Source of the DNA: an uncultured bacterium
GTDB lineage: Bacteria > Bdellovibrionota > JACOXK01 > 2-02-FULL-40-11
Length of the DNA stretch: 64,000 nt
Assembly: GCA_964371555.1 (NCBI GenBank)
Contig: CAYJMQ010000003.1
Location: forward strand, 1,290-65,289
Direction of reading: 5' to 3'
Below are positions 17,353-27,257 of this stretch, piece by piece. Positions within the stretch are counted from its first letter, which is position 1, and each line of letters starts with the position of its first letter. The position numbers were made by a program, and so were the translations under genes. The notes under the pieces were generated by a model. That model worked only from the letters and a program-made list of their open reading frames with translations. It made no database searches and had not been told where the DNA came from.

Positions 17353-18327
17353 ATGAAGCTCTTGGTGACCGGGGGAGCGGGATTTATTGGCTCGGCATTC
17401 ATTCGCGCGGTTATAAGAGCGCGTCCTTCCTATAAAGCGCTCAATGTCGATAAACTGACTTACGCCGGGAATCTTAAAAATTTAGAAGAGATTGAAAAAT
17501 CTGAACAATACTCTTTTTCGAAAACAGATATTGCAAATTACGAGGCCATTCGTCACGTTGTTTCGGCATCTCCCCCTGATGCCATTGTCCATTTTGCGGC
17601 TGAATCACACGTCGATCGATCGATTCTTAATTCGAGAAATTTTGTAGACACAAACATTGTGGGGACGCACACACTTCTCGAAATTGCGCGGGAATTTAAA
17701 ATAAAGCGATTTGTCCATGTTTCTACGGATGAGGTCTATGGGGCGTTAGGGGGAGAGGGGTCTTTTACAGAATCTTCTCCGCTTGCGCCGAATAGTCCTT
17801 ATGCGGCAAGCAAAGCCTCTTCAGATCTTTTGGTTCGTTCCTATTTTAAAACGTATAGGCTGCCTGTCGTTGTCACAAGATCGGTCAATAATTATGGTCC
17901 TTACCAGTATCCTGAAAAGCTGATCCCTCTTTTTATTATCCGGGCGATGCAGGATCGCCCCTTGCCCGTTTATGGCGACGGTCTTTATGTGCGGGATTGG
18001 ATCCACGTTGAAGATCATTGTCTGGCGCTTCTTTCCGTGCTGGAAAATGGAAAGGAAGGGGAAATTTATAATATCGGCGCGCGTTGCGAAAAGAAAAATA
18101 TCGATATCGCGCTTCAGATTCTAAAGATAATGAACAAGCCTCAATCATTGGTTCAATATGTCGAGGATCGTCCGGGTCACGACAGACGATATGCGATCGA
18201 TCCTTCCAAAATTGAACGGGATCTTGGGTGGCGGGCAATGCGTCATCTTGATGATGAACTCCCGGCTCTCATTCGTTGGTATGAGGAACACGAGCTATGG
18301 TGGCAGGGCGCCGAAAAAAAATCTTAG
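17353..18327 (+). CDS. rmlB: dTDP-glucose 4,6-dehydratase.
   Basis: MKLLVTGGAGFIGSAF...DKLTYAGNLKNL and a YAASKASSD catalytic YxxxK. Confidence 0.9.
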   Translation: MKLLVTGGAGFIGSAFIRAVIRARPSYKALNVDKLTYAGNLKNLEEIEKSEQYSFSKTDIANYEAIRHVVSASPPDAIVHFAAESHVDRSILNSRNFVDTNIVGTHTLLEIAREFKIKRFVHVSTDEVYGALGGEGSFTESSPLAPNSPYAASKASSDLLVRSYFKTYRLPVVVTRSVNNYGPYQYPEKLIPLFIIRAMQDRPLPVYGDGLYVRDWIHVEDHCLALLSVLENGKEGEIYNIGARCEKKNIDIALQILKIMNKPQSLVQYVEDRPGHDRRYAIDPSKIERDLGWRAMRHLDDELPALIRWYEEHELWWQGAEKKS

Positions 18328-19169
18328 TTCTGGGGGGGGAGGGACTTTTGGGAGCCGAAGTGATTCGGCATTTTTCCAAAGGGGCGTATGACGTCAAAGG
18401 GGCGTCTCGTTCAGAACTCGATATAACGAAGGGGCAGGAAGTTGCCATTTGGATTGAGCGTCTGCATCCGGATTTTGTCATCAATTGCGCCGCGCTTTCG
18501 AATGTCGATTATTGTGAAGAACACCGGGAAGAGGCTTTTCGTGTCAATGCGGAAGGGGTCAGGAATATCTGTTGCGTGCTTTCAGAAACCGGAGGGAAGT
18601 TGGTTCATATCTCGACCGACTATGTATTCGATGGCGACAAAGGGGCCTCTTATGAGGAAACAGATTCCGTCAATCCCCGCAGTGTCTATGCGGAAAGTAA
18701 GCTAAAAGGGGAAGAGTATGTAGAACGGTTTTTGCCAGAGAGCCTTATTGTGCGGGTTCAGTGGCTTTACGGAAGCTGTGGGACAAATTTTTCAAGCCGG
18801 GTCATTCGTGAAATTTCAGAATCTTCTTATGTCTCTCCCTATCGTCTCATCGAAGATCGTGTGGGTTCTCCAACAGATGTTTCAGAAGTAGCCAAGGGAT
18901 TGGAGGCGCTGATCGCTAAAGATTGCTCGGGGCTTTTTCATCTTTCAAGCAGCGGCTGCTGTTCGTGGTTTGAATTTGGCAAGATGATATTCGAACTGTG
19001 TGGTGATGAGAAAGCTCAAAAGATGATTCAGGCTGTTCGGGAGAAAGACATCAGGCGTCCTGCCCACCGGCCACGGTTTTCAGCTTTTTCATGTCATAAA
19101 TTGCAAAAGGAGACCGGCCACACCCCCTTACATTGGAAAGAGATGCTTCGGGTTATGATAAAAGGCTAA
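18297..19169 (+). CDS. rmlD: dTDP-4-dehydrorhamnose reductase (paralog 2).
   Basis: ILVLGGEGLLGAEV and HISTDYVFDGDKGASYEETDSVNPRSVYAESKLKGE. Confidence 0.85.
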   Translation: MVAGRRKKILVLGGEGLLGAEVIRHFSKGAYDVKGASRSELDITKGQEVAIWIERLHPDFVINCAALSNVDYCEEHREEAFRVNAEGVRNICCVLSETGGKLVHISTDYVFDGDKGASYEETDSVNPRSVYAESKLKGEEYVERFLPESLIVRVQWLYGSCGTNFSSRVIREISESSYVSPYRLIEDRVGSPTDVSEVAKGLEALIAKDCSGLFHLSSSGCCSWFEFGKMIFELCGDEKAQKMIQAVREKDIRRPAHRPRFSAFSCHKLQKETGHTPLHWKEMLRVMIKG

Positions 19170-20284
19170 AAGCCCTTGAGAAATTCCTCCCGGGCAAGCT
19201 GAATCAGCGATCGACTGTAATAAGCGGTCTTTTTTAAATTCTTGGTTGTAGTCTCGAGAAAAATTTTCTTTTGTGTCGAAGTCAGGCGGGACTCTTTTTC
19301 AAGGGTCTTAATTGGGTAATGCGCCAGCGGGCTTCGCGGCAGATCAATCGAGGGATCCAAAAACTTTCTCCCAAAATAGGTATAGCAAAGGTTTCCGATT
19401 GTGGTTGAATTATGATTCGAAAAATCAGCCGCATGTTTGGCAATGAGAAACGCGCTGGAGCTTGCAAAGAAATCGGCTCCCCGGAGCGCAGGGATAAATT
19501 TTCTCTCTAATTTCCCGGAGATCTCTTCTTTAAGCCGGTAAACGGCATAATCTTCATAGAGATAATGGTAGTTGGAAATGATTTGCGTGGTTCGCGCGAC
19601 GAATTGTTTAAAATGGAAAATGTCTTCCCATGAGAGAAATCTGGGAGTCAAAATCTGACTGCTGTGATAAGGCTGCCCCAAATCCTGCACATAATGAAGT
19701 GACCAGGCCAAAAAGCGAAACGCCCAATACGGTTCGGAAACGTTATAGGCCTGCTCGGCGAGGTCATAAAAAATCTGTGCCCGTTTGAGAGCCTCCCCCA
19801 TCTCTTTCATTGGAACATGAAATGTCCGCCACGGGGCTTTGATCGACCACTTTTTAAAATAGAGATGGCGGAAACCCTGGCTTGTCGGGCCTCTGTATCC
19901 CCCCATATATTTTTGATCCGGGGAGAGATTTAAATCCTGATCCATTCCCCAATCGGGTTCATCCGCATAATTGATTAAAATCGCGCTTGCAGATGTCGTT
20001 TCACCCGGGTGTGCATACGGGACATTTTTCTTAATGTCTTTGAATCCGATGACTGTTTTGGGATTCAGTTGATATTGGTTTAAAAAATCGGATTTTGTAA
20101 AATCTTTTGAAAAAGCCTTTGCCAGGAATTGTTCAAATGAAGTGATTTTTATCGGCATCGAAAGCCAGGAGACCTCTTGAACAATAAAGGAAGTCATTAA
20201 ATCGTGACGTTTCCAGGCAAGGGTTGTGGAGGGAATATGAGTTATGAAACATATCAGGAGAGCCAAATAATGTTTTTTAGCCAT
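19166..20284 (-). CDS. Secreted protein of the zinc-dependent phospholipase C / S1-P1 nuclease superfamily (tentative).
   Basis: Signal peptide, an N-terminal W..H after the predicted cleavage site, and an SLHYVQDLGQPYHSS motif matching the HY.GD..QP.H zinc-ligand motif of PLC and P1 nucleases. Confidence 0.45.
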   Translation of the reverse strand: MAKKHYLALLICFITHIPSTTLAWKRHDLMTSFIVQEVSWLSMPIKITSFEQFLAKAFSKDFTKSDFLNQYQLNPKTVIGFKDIKKNVPYAHPGETTSASAILINYADEPDWGMDQDLNLSPDQKYMGGYRGPTSQGFRHLYFKKWSIKAPWRTFHVPMKEMGEALKRAQIFYDLAEQAYNVSEPYWAFRFLAWSLHYVQDLGQPYHSSQILTPRFLSWEDIFHFKQFVARTTQIISNYHYLYEDYAVYRLKEEISGKLERKFIPALRGADFFASSSAFLIAKHAADFSNHNSTTIGNLCYTYFGRKFLDPSIDLPRSPLAHYPIKTLEKESRLTSTQKKIFLETTTKNLKKTAYYSRSLIQLAREEFLKGF

Positions 20285-20365
20285 TATGAGAGTTATAGCG
20301 AAGGAAAATGCCCGCGTCCATGTTTTTTGAAAAAAATTGTAAAAGAAAAAACCGTTATGCTATAG

Positions 20366-21121
20366 ATGGAATCTATGGAGACCCTGGGTCAGTTTCTCAA
20401 ACGCGAAAGGGAAGCGCGAAATATTGCGATAGAAGATGTCGAAAAAATCACGAAATATCACCGCTCTAGGATTGATGCGCTGGAAGGGGATCATCACGAT
20501 CAGTTACCCTCTCCCCCCTATGTCAAGGGGATGCTGCGATCGTTTGCGAAGTATTATGGTTTGGATATCACAGATCTTTTGATCCGGTATGAAGATTTTT
20601 TAAATTCCCAAAAAAAAGAAGCGCCTCTCCCCCCGATGGAGGAAATCCGGATTCCTTTGTATAAGAAAAAATATTTTCTCGTTTCTGTCTTTTCTATCGC
20701 CTTTTTGGTTTCCGCCATGTCGGCGGTTTTTTTAATTCGTCGATCGATCCTCAGCCCCGTGTCTGTCGTGCCATCTCCGTCGACCGTAGGTGTCCCATCT
20801 CCGCCCCCTCTGATTGTTCAGCCTGTCCCTGTTTCTGACAAGAAGTATCGCGTATGGGTAAAGGCTTCCCAGGGTGTTTGGATCAAAGTTCAAATTGATG
20901 CGGCTCCCCCTTATCATTTTAATCTTAAAGAAGGGGGATCCGTTCAGTTAAATGGCAACAAGGCGGTCCGGTTTTTCGTTTCTGACGCGACTGCGCTTAA
21001 ACTTACTTATAATGATAAAGAGGTTAGCGAAATTCCATCAGGTCCTGCCACATTTGTATTTCCAGAGAGCGCTATTTCCAAAGAGGCTGGTTTGAGAAAA
21101 GAAGAAGAAGCGGATAAATGA
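20366..21121 (+). CDS. rodZ: RodZ-like cytoskeleton protein: N-terminal HTH, a single TM helix, and a C-terminal periplasmic domain.
   Basis: N-terminus LGQFLKREREARNIAIEDVEKITKYHRSRIDALE is an XRE-type HTH. A hydrophobic TM segment (YFLVSVFSIAFLVSAMSAVFLI) and a Pro-rich linker follow. Confidence 0.55.
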   Translation: MESMETLGQFLKREREARNIAIEDVEKITKYHRSRIDALEGDHHDQLPSPPYVKGMLRSFAKYYGLDITDLLIRYEDFLNSQKKEAPLPPMEEIRIPLYKKKYFLVSVFSIAFLVSAMSAVFLIRRSILSPVSVVPSPSTVGVPSPPPLIVQPVPVSDKKYRVWVKASQGVWIKVQIDAAPPYHFNLKEGGSVQLNGNKAVRFFVSDATALKLTYNDKEVSEIPSGPATFVFPESAISKEAGLRKEEEADK

Positions 21122-21812
21122 CGACAGCAGTTGCGATTGGAATTGTTAAATTGTCATCAATTTTTTTCGTTGAAAAAAGCTCCGCGAAAGTGGCTGCCAA
21201 TCCCCCCGCTACACTCATATAGGGGAGCGCGTTTGAGGTTACGCCATAAAGTGTGAGCACCACAAAGATTAAAATGGAACAGACAATGAAACAGGCAAGT
21301 GAACCCTGAAGCGATTTTCCTTTAATGATGCTTTCCGTTCCAAATCTTAAACCGATAATGCAGGCTGCCGCATCGCCAAAAGCGAGGCAAAGAATAGAAA
21401 GAATGGCAACAGGCTTTGGAAAGAGGCAGACAACAAGGAAAAAGGCGAAAACAAAATAAGTCATACTGCTGACAGTTCCAAATTCACGCTTTCGCATGAG
21501 TGGACCAAGGAGAGAGACAGCGAGCCGATTCAATGGTCGCCATTTTAGTCTTAAAATATCGAGGAGAATAACCGGTCCCCCAATCAGAGTAATTAAAAGG
21601 AGAGCCGTTTCGCGCTCGGGATAAACAAAGGCATAGAGATATGCCATAAAGAGCATCATTCCAACATGCCATAGCTTTCTCAAGGCCTGAATGTCTCCTT
21701 TGGTAGCAGGTCCGAATTGGATGAAGGCGCCTTGAGTTAAATGTTTCGATGTACGCATAGTGTCTCTATAATGAAAGCATTTTCTGTGCCAGAGGAGGAT
21801 GTCTTCATCCAA
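21072..21812 (-). CDS. Multi-pass membrane protein of the CTP_transf_1 family (dolichol/phytol kinase or CdsA-like). Function uncertain.
   Basis: Six to seven hydrophobic helices and a C-terminal GLRFGTESIIKGKSLQGSLACF, resembling the KTxEGS motif of CTP-dependent polyprenol kinases. Confidence 0.35.
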   Translation of the reverse strand: MDEDILLWHRKCFHYRDTMRTSKHLTQGAFIQFGPATKGDIQALRKLWHVGMMLFMAYLYAFVYPERETALLLITLIGGPVILLDILRLKWRPLNRLAVSLLGPLMRKREFGTVSSMTYFVFAFFLVVCLFPKPVAILSILCLAFGDAAACIIGLRFGTESIIKGKSLQGSLACFIVCSILIFVVLTLYGVTSNALPYMSVAGGLAATFAELFSTKKIDDNLTIPIATAVVIYPLLLLFSNQPLWK

Positions 21813-22010
21813 TTTTCAAAAAAGGTTAATGATTTCATACTATTATTGTAAAAGATGTCTTATGGACTATATAATGTCATGTATTGTCATTTAGGGAAGA
21901 TTATTACTCAGTTTATAGACAGGGTGAGAAAGGGGGTTCTCACTTATGTCGGAACCAGCTCACGGTTTTTGCGCTTGATTTTGTAAACATTCCTGATATC
22001 CCCATCCATT

Positions 22011-23420
22011 ATGAATGATCTTCGAAAATTGCCGTCAGTTCATGCTCTCATGAATGATCTCGTAATGAGAGAATGGACAGCATCTTTGTCTTACGAGACA
22101 GTTGTCAGAACAGTCCGCGAAATGCTTAAAACAATTCGAAAGGAAATACGGTTTTCAAAATCAAATATAGAGCCCGAAACCATACGGCTGCGAATTCTCA
22201 AAGAATTAAAAGGGCTGGAACAACCCTCTTTTGAGCGAGTGATCAATGCCACCGGAATCTTGATTCACACAAATTTGGGGAGGGCGCCTTTATCTGAAAG
22301 CGCCCTGCGAAGGGCGCTCGAGCTTGGCAAAAGTTACTGCACTGTTGAATATAATCTTTCAGAGGCTAAACGCGGTGAAAGGAATGATCCGGTTGAAAAA
22401 CTGCTTTGTCAAATCACCGGAGCGGAAGCAGGGTTGGTTGTGAACAACAATGCCGCCGCCGTTCTTCTTGGTTTAGACACGCTTGCCAAAGGCAGGCATG
22501 TGCTTGTGTCCCGGGGCGAGCTTGTTGAGATCGGAAATTCTTTCAGAATCCCGGACATTCTGGAAAAAAGCGGGGCCCATCTCAAAGGGGTTGGCACGAC
22601 GAATAAAACCAAAATAAGCGATTATGAGAAAGGAGTTGATAAAAATACAGCTCTTATTTTAAAGGTTCACAAAAGCAATTATGACATTGTCGGATTTACA
22701 GAAGAGGTTTCATTAGAGGGACTTGCCTCTTTTTGCCATCGCAAAAAGTTGCCTCTTATTTTTGACGCCGGGAGCGGTTTGTTGCTTTCATCATCCCATT
22801 CCCTCTTTAGATATTTTGAGGGAGAACCATCGATTATTTCTTCTGTCAAACAAGGTGTCGATATGATTACTTTCAGCGGTGATAAACTGATGGGGGGCCC
22901 TCAATGCGGCCTGATTGTGGGGAAACGGAAATATATCGAAAAAATAAAAAGAAATCCCCTTTATCGGGCGCTTCGCGCGGATAAGATCCTGCTTGCCATT
23001 CTTGATGAGACGCTGCGTCATTATCTATCGGCGGAGCCGGAACGGGAAATACCTTTTTTAAAACTTCTCGCAACGCCGATTGAAATATTAGAAGAGCGCG
23101 CTCTCTCTATTCAGAGCGTTCTTAAAGAGCGTGGAGTTGAAGCAGAAGTAAAACGGGATGTTTCAAAGACAGGGGGGGGGAGTTGTCCCCGGTTAGAGCT
23201 TCCGACAGTGGTTTTATCTATTCGTCTTAAAAAATTGGTAAAAGAGAAGATCCTGGATGTTGAAGAGAAGCTTCGAATGCCGAAAGATCCCTCTCTTATC
23301 CCGGTCATTGGCCGAACCCGCAAAGATTCTCTTCATTTCGATTTTCGAACCATTTTCGAGCGGGATCTTTCTAAATTTAAGAACAGTCTGATTGCGGCGC
23401 TCCACTTTACTGACAGCTAA
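22011..23420 (+). CDS. selA: L-seryl-tRNA(Sec) selenium transferase.
   Basis: SelA family. MNDLRKLPSVHALMND N-terminus, GRAPLSESAL, and SGDKLMGGPQCG with the PLP-lysine context. Confidence 0.85.
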   Translation: MNDLRKLPSVHALMNDLVMREWTASLSYETVVRTVREMLKTIRKEIRFSKSNIEPETIRLRILKELKGLEQPSFERVINATGILIHTNLGRAPLSESALRRALELGKSYCTVEYNLSEAKRGERNDPVEKLLCQITGAEAGLVVNNNAAAVLLGLDTLAKGRHVLVSRGELVEIGNSFRIPDILEKSGAHLKGVGTTNKTKISDYEKGVDKNTALILKVHKSNYDIVGFTEEVSLEGLASFCHRKKLPLIFDAGSGLLLSSSHSLFRYFEGEPSIISSVKQGVDMITFSGDKLMGGPQCGLIVGKRKYIEKIKRNPLYRALRADKILLAILDETLRHYLSAEPEREIPFLKLLATPIEILEERALSIQSVLKERGVEAEVKRDVSKTGGGSCPRLELPTVVLSIRLKKLVKEKILDVEEKLRMPKDPSLIPVIGRTRKDSLHFDFRTIFERDLSKFKNSLIAALHFTDS

Positions 23421-24387
23421 AATACTTATGAAATTTTTCTTCACCGAGTGATTTTCGTATAAATGCGAGCTGAATCACACCGGCCGTATAAGTGGTATAG
23501 TTTTCATAGCTGATCGTTTGATCGGGGATAAGTCCCTGAACCAGAAGCCCGATTAACTCGGAGCGATCGTTAATGACCGGTGAACCGCTGTTCCCCCCCT
23601 GAACATCTGAATCGGTGACGATATATTCACCGCGATCGATCAGAACCTTCCAGAAATCGAGCGAGATTTTGCGATTCGATTCTTCAAGGGTTTTATAAAA
23701 GCCGCTTTGTTCGGCTGAGTAAGCAATTTTTCCATAGCTTACGAGCTTTCTCCAGTTATTGGTAACCTCGCCGATTTTTCTTTTTGTAAATCCGGGGTAT
23801 CCAATGACCCAACTATATTCATTTTCCGCCGGCGTTTGAGCGGCAGTTTTCAGACAGGCGTGATTGGAGGCGCCATCCATTTTAAGAATTGCCCAATCGG
23901 CGCCAATGACATCCTGCACTTTTTTAATTACGGAAGGGTCGTATGTGTTGACCTTTCGTTCGTCGAATTGGCTAAAACCCAGACCTGCCGCGATCACCGT
24001 TGCGTTGAATTCACCAAAAAAAGTCGAATATTTTTTCCCTATAACCTCTTCCTGTGGAACAAGATACATCTCTGCCCCATCGGCAAGTTTCTGTCGATAT
24101 GACTCAAGCCCCATCCCACTGGCAAGACAATGAAAAGCGGTCAGAATGTATCCATCTTTTGAAATATAAGAAGACGAGCAGTTTGAAAAATCAACGGGGA
24201 ATGCGGCTGCAGCGTCATAAGCATTTTTAATCCCCTGGGGTTTTTTGTCCAGATTATCCGGCCAGAAAAATCCCTCTTCAAAAGAGGGGTTAAATGATGG
24301 AAATTGTGATGCGCCTGCCTGAAAGGTAAAGCCAACGACGGAAAAAAGAAACACGATTAGCGTACGAATAAACAAGGATTGGAACAT
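23407..24387 (-). CDS. Secreted trypsin-like (S1 family) serine protease.
   Basis: Signal peptide, ILTAFHC (His of the triad) and GGNSGSPVIN (Ser of the triad). Confidence 0.7.
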   Translation of the reverse strand: MFQSLFIRTLIVFLFSVVGFTFQAGASQFPSFNPSFEEGFFWPDNLDKKPQGIKNAYDAAAAFPVDFSNCSSSYISKDGYILTAFHCLASGMGLESYRQKLADGAEMYLVPQEEVIGKKYSTFFGEFNATVIAAGLGFSQFDERKVNTYDPSVIKKVQDVIGADWAILKMDGASNHACLKTAAQTPAENEYSWVIGYPGFTKRKIGEVTNNWRKLVSYGKIAYSAEQSGFYKTLEESNRKISLDFWKVLIDRGEYIVTDSDVQGGNSGSPVINDRSELIGLLVQGLIPDQTISYENYTTYTAGVIQLAFIRKSLGEEKFHKYFSCQ

Positions 24388-24488
24388 CGGAAGACCTCCT
24401 TTTCAAGTTGATAAGGAAAGGCATAAACGATAATTGAACGGTACAAAGTCTTTCGATTTATGTCAAGTTTTGTTATGCTGTCTTCATT

Positions 24489-25934
24489 ATGTCAGAAGCC
24501 AGACGAGCCAAGATTGTCTGCACACTCGGGCCTGCCACCTTCTCTCCCGCCATGATTGAAAAACTCATTCGGGCAGGGATGGATGTTGCGCGTCTTAATT
24601 TTTCACATGGAGATCATGCGGCCTATCAACGTGTGATCCGCACGGTGCGTGAGAAATCCAAAAAATTTGGGAAGAGTATCACGATCATTCAGGATCTTCA
24701 GGGACCCAAGATCAGAACCGGAAAACTGAGTTATGACAAAATTGTGCTTCGCCCCCGACAACGAATAACGCTGACCACCCGAAATGTGGTCGGAAATGAA
24801 AAAGTGATTTCGGTTCCTTACCGGCCTTTGCCCAGACTTTTAAAGAAAGGGAATTGCATTTTGATTGATGACGGTTTGATTGAACTAAAAGTCCTTCGTA
24901 CTTTTTCAGATTCCATTGAATGTGTTGTGATCAATGGCGGCAATTTGCGCGAGAATAAAGGGGTCAATCTTCCCTATATTAAGACGGTTCATTCTTCACT
25001 GACGGCAAAGGATCAACGGGATCTTGCGTTTGGAATCCGCCAGGGGGTCGATTTTATCGCCATGTCATTTGTCTGTCGCGCGCATGACATCCTGGAATTG
25101 AAAAAACGAATACCAAAATCATCCCAAATCGGCGTTATTGCAAAAATTGAAAAGCGCGAAGCGATTGATCATTTTGATGAAATTCTCATGGTGACAGACG
25201 CGGTGATGGTTGCGCGGGGGGATTTGGCTGTTGAATGTTCGAGTGAGGTTGTTCCCTGTCTTCAGAAAGAAATCATTGGCAAATGCAACCGCGCGTTAAG
25301 ACCGGTCATTACGGCGACGCAGATGCTTGAGTCGATGGTCAAAAATCCAAGGCCAAGCCGCGCGGAGGCCTCTGATGTTGCCAATGCCGTTCTTGACGGA
25401 TCGGACGCGTTGATGCTCTCTTCCGAAACGGCTTTTGGACTTCATCCGGTCGAGAGTGTGAACATGATGGACAAGATTATTCGCGAGGTTGAGCATCATC
25501 ACTATTTTGTTGAGCGAAAATTTTTTGATGAACCGCATTTGGAATTGAAAAAAACAGAAAAAGCGAAAAAAGAGATTTTTGGGGGGGCGATTGAGCGCGC
25601 GGCCTGCCAGATCGCGCAGGGGATTCAGGCGAAACTGATCTGTTGTCTCACAGAGCGGGGACGCTCCGCGATGCTGATTTCCCGCTCTCGTCCCAAACAG
25701 CCGATTGTGGCGTTAACAAACCACGGGTCAACGATGAGAAAGCTCTCTTTGGTCTGGGGGGTGCGTTGTTATTTTATCAAGAGGCTGATGAATAATCTGA
25801 ATTTATTCGGGATTATACGAAAACGCCTTTTGGAATTAAAACTTGCAAAGAGGGGGGATTCTGTAATTGTGACTACCGGTGTCTTTACTCATGCCCCTGA
25901 TACAGAGCGAATTACGAAAGTGCATAGAATTTGA
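24489..25934 (+). CDS. pyk: Pyruvate kinase.
   Basis: RRAKIVCTLGPATFSPAMIEKLIRAGMDVARLNFSHGDHA and MVARGDLAVE motifs. Confidence 0.9.
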   Translation: MSEARRAKIVCTLGPATFSPAMIEKLIRAGMDVARLNFSHGDHAAYQRVIRTVREKSKKFGKSITIIQDLQGPKIRTGKLSYDKIVLRPRQRITLTTRNVVGNEKVISVPYRPLPRLLKKGNCILIDDGLIELKVLRTFSDSIECVVINGGNLRENKGVNLPYIKTVHSSLTAKDQRDLAFGIRQGVDFIAMSFVCRAHDILELKKRIPKSSQIGVIAKIEKREAIDHFDEILMVTDAVMVARGDLAVECSSEVVPCLQKEIIGKCNRALRPVITATQMLESMVKNPRPSRAEASDVANAVLDGSDALMLSSETAFGLHPVESVNMMDKIIREVEHHHYFVERKFFDEPHLELKKTEKAKKEIFGGAIERAACQIAQGIQAKLICCLTERGRSAMLISRSRPKQPIVALTNHGSTMRKLSLVWGVRCYFIKRLMNNLNLFGIIRKRLLELKLAKRGDSVIVTTGVFTHAPDTERITKVHRI

Positions 25935-25970
25935 CACGCTATTTGCCACCTGTGGCAAATAGCGTGTCGG
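25935..25970. terminator. Perfect 16-bp inverted-repeat hairpin between the convergent genes pyk and gdh. Probable bidirectional terminator.
   Basis: ACACGCTATTTGCCAC-CTG-GTGGCAAATAGCGTGT. Confidence 0.55.
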
Positions 25971-27257
25971 CTAAGGAAAAAATCCCCGGATAAGCATCGC
26001 CTTTGAGAGATGACGCAAAGCTGCAATTAAAGCCGCTGTTCGCATCGTTGTTTTACATTCTTTTTTAACTTCCACAACGCGTCGGAAGGAATCAGACATA
26101 ATATTCCACAGTCGGTTTGAAACCTCCTTTTCATCCCAGAAAAACTTTTGAAGCCCCTGGACCCATTCAAAATAAGAGACGGTTACTCCTCCGGCGTTTG
26201 CCAGAATATCGGGGATGATAAAGACTCCTTTGTCAGATAAGATCTGATCGGCCTCAGGGGTGGTTGGGCTATTGGCGCCTTCGGCGATAATTTTACATTT
26301 AATGCGATCTGCGTTTTCTTTTGTAATTTGAGATTCAATGGCAGCCGGAATCAGAATATCGCATTTAAGTTCAAGAAGTTCTGCATTTGTAATTGAATCA
26401 GCTTCTTCAAAGTCGGCGAGGGGTTTCTTTTCTTCCAGGTGTTTGTGCAATTTATCAAGATTTAACCCGTTTTTATTGTAGATCCCCCCCAATTCATCGC
26501 TGACCGCAATGATACGGCATCCAATTTTATGCATTTTGCGCGCTACCTCAGACCCCACTTTTCCAAAACCCTGAACCACCACAGAAATATTTTCATCAAG
26601 CGTTATGTTCAGGTGATTGGCTGCTTCCATCACCGCATAAACAACCCCTTTTCCAGTCGCATCCGTTCTTCCCAAGCTCCCCCCAATTTCTAGCGGTTTT
26701 CCTGTCACAGATCCGGGAATCGCAAAACCGACGTTTTGGCTATAGGTATCCATCATCCAGGCCATCACCTGTTCATCCGTGCCGATATCAGGGGCGGGGA
26801 TGTCTTTGTCTGGTCCAATCAGATTAAAAATTTCCATGGTATAGCGGCGTGTCATACGCTGTATTTCACCGCGGGACATCTGATTTGGATTACATCGAAT
26901 CCCCCCTTTAGCCCCACCCAGCGGCAAACCAAAGAGAGCGCATTTGAGCGTCATCAGCATTGCGAGCGCCGCTGTTTCAGATAAATTCACGCTCGGATGA
27001 TAACGAACGCCCCCTTTACCGGGTCCCAACGTCATGTTGTGTTGAACCCGATACCCCATGAAAACGTTGATATGTCCGTCATCCATTCTGACAGGCACTG
27101 AAACAACCAGCGCGCGTTTTGGATATTTCAGGCGGATCAGAATATTTGGATCGAGTTTCATGATCTCGCCTGCAATATCGAGCTGTCTCAAGGCATCCTG
27201 GTAGAGTTGACTCTTGAATAATTTGCTTTCCATAATGTTATTTTGTTTTTTTTCCAT
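25971..27257 (-). CDS. gdhA: Glutamate dehydrogenase (Glu/Leu/Phe/Val dehydrogenase family).
   Basis: LPLGGAKGGIRCNP catalytic motif, and GFGKVGSEVARKM NAD(P)-binding motif. Confidence 0.9.
   Translation of the reverse strand: MEKKQNNIMESKLFKSQLYQDALRQLDIAGEIMKLDPNILIRLKYPKRALVVSVPVRMDDGHINVFMGYRVQHNMTLGPGKGGVRYHPSVNLSETAALAMLMTLKCALFGLPLGGAKGGIRCNPNQMSRGEIQRMTRRYTMEIFNLIGPDKDIPAPDIGTDEQVMAWMMDTYSQNVGFAIPGSVTGKPLEIGGSLGRTDATGKGVVYAVMEAANHLNITLDENISVVVQGFGKVGSEVARKMHKIGCRIIAVSDELGGIYNKNGLNLDKLHKHLEEKKPLADFEEADSITNAELLELKCDILIPAAIESQITKENADRIKCKIIAEGANSPTTPEADQILSDKGVFIIPDILANAGGVTVSYFEWVQGLQKFFWDEKEVSNRLWNIMSDSFRRVVEVKKECKTTMRTAALIAALRHLSKAMLIRGFFP

Noticed and set aside
21813-22010. Search for tRNA-Sec (selC) or other tRNA in the intergenic region upstream of selA
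   Set aside because: No acceptor-stem or T-loop (GTTCRANYC) pattern found. No tRNA is recognisable by eye anywhere in the window.
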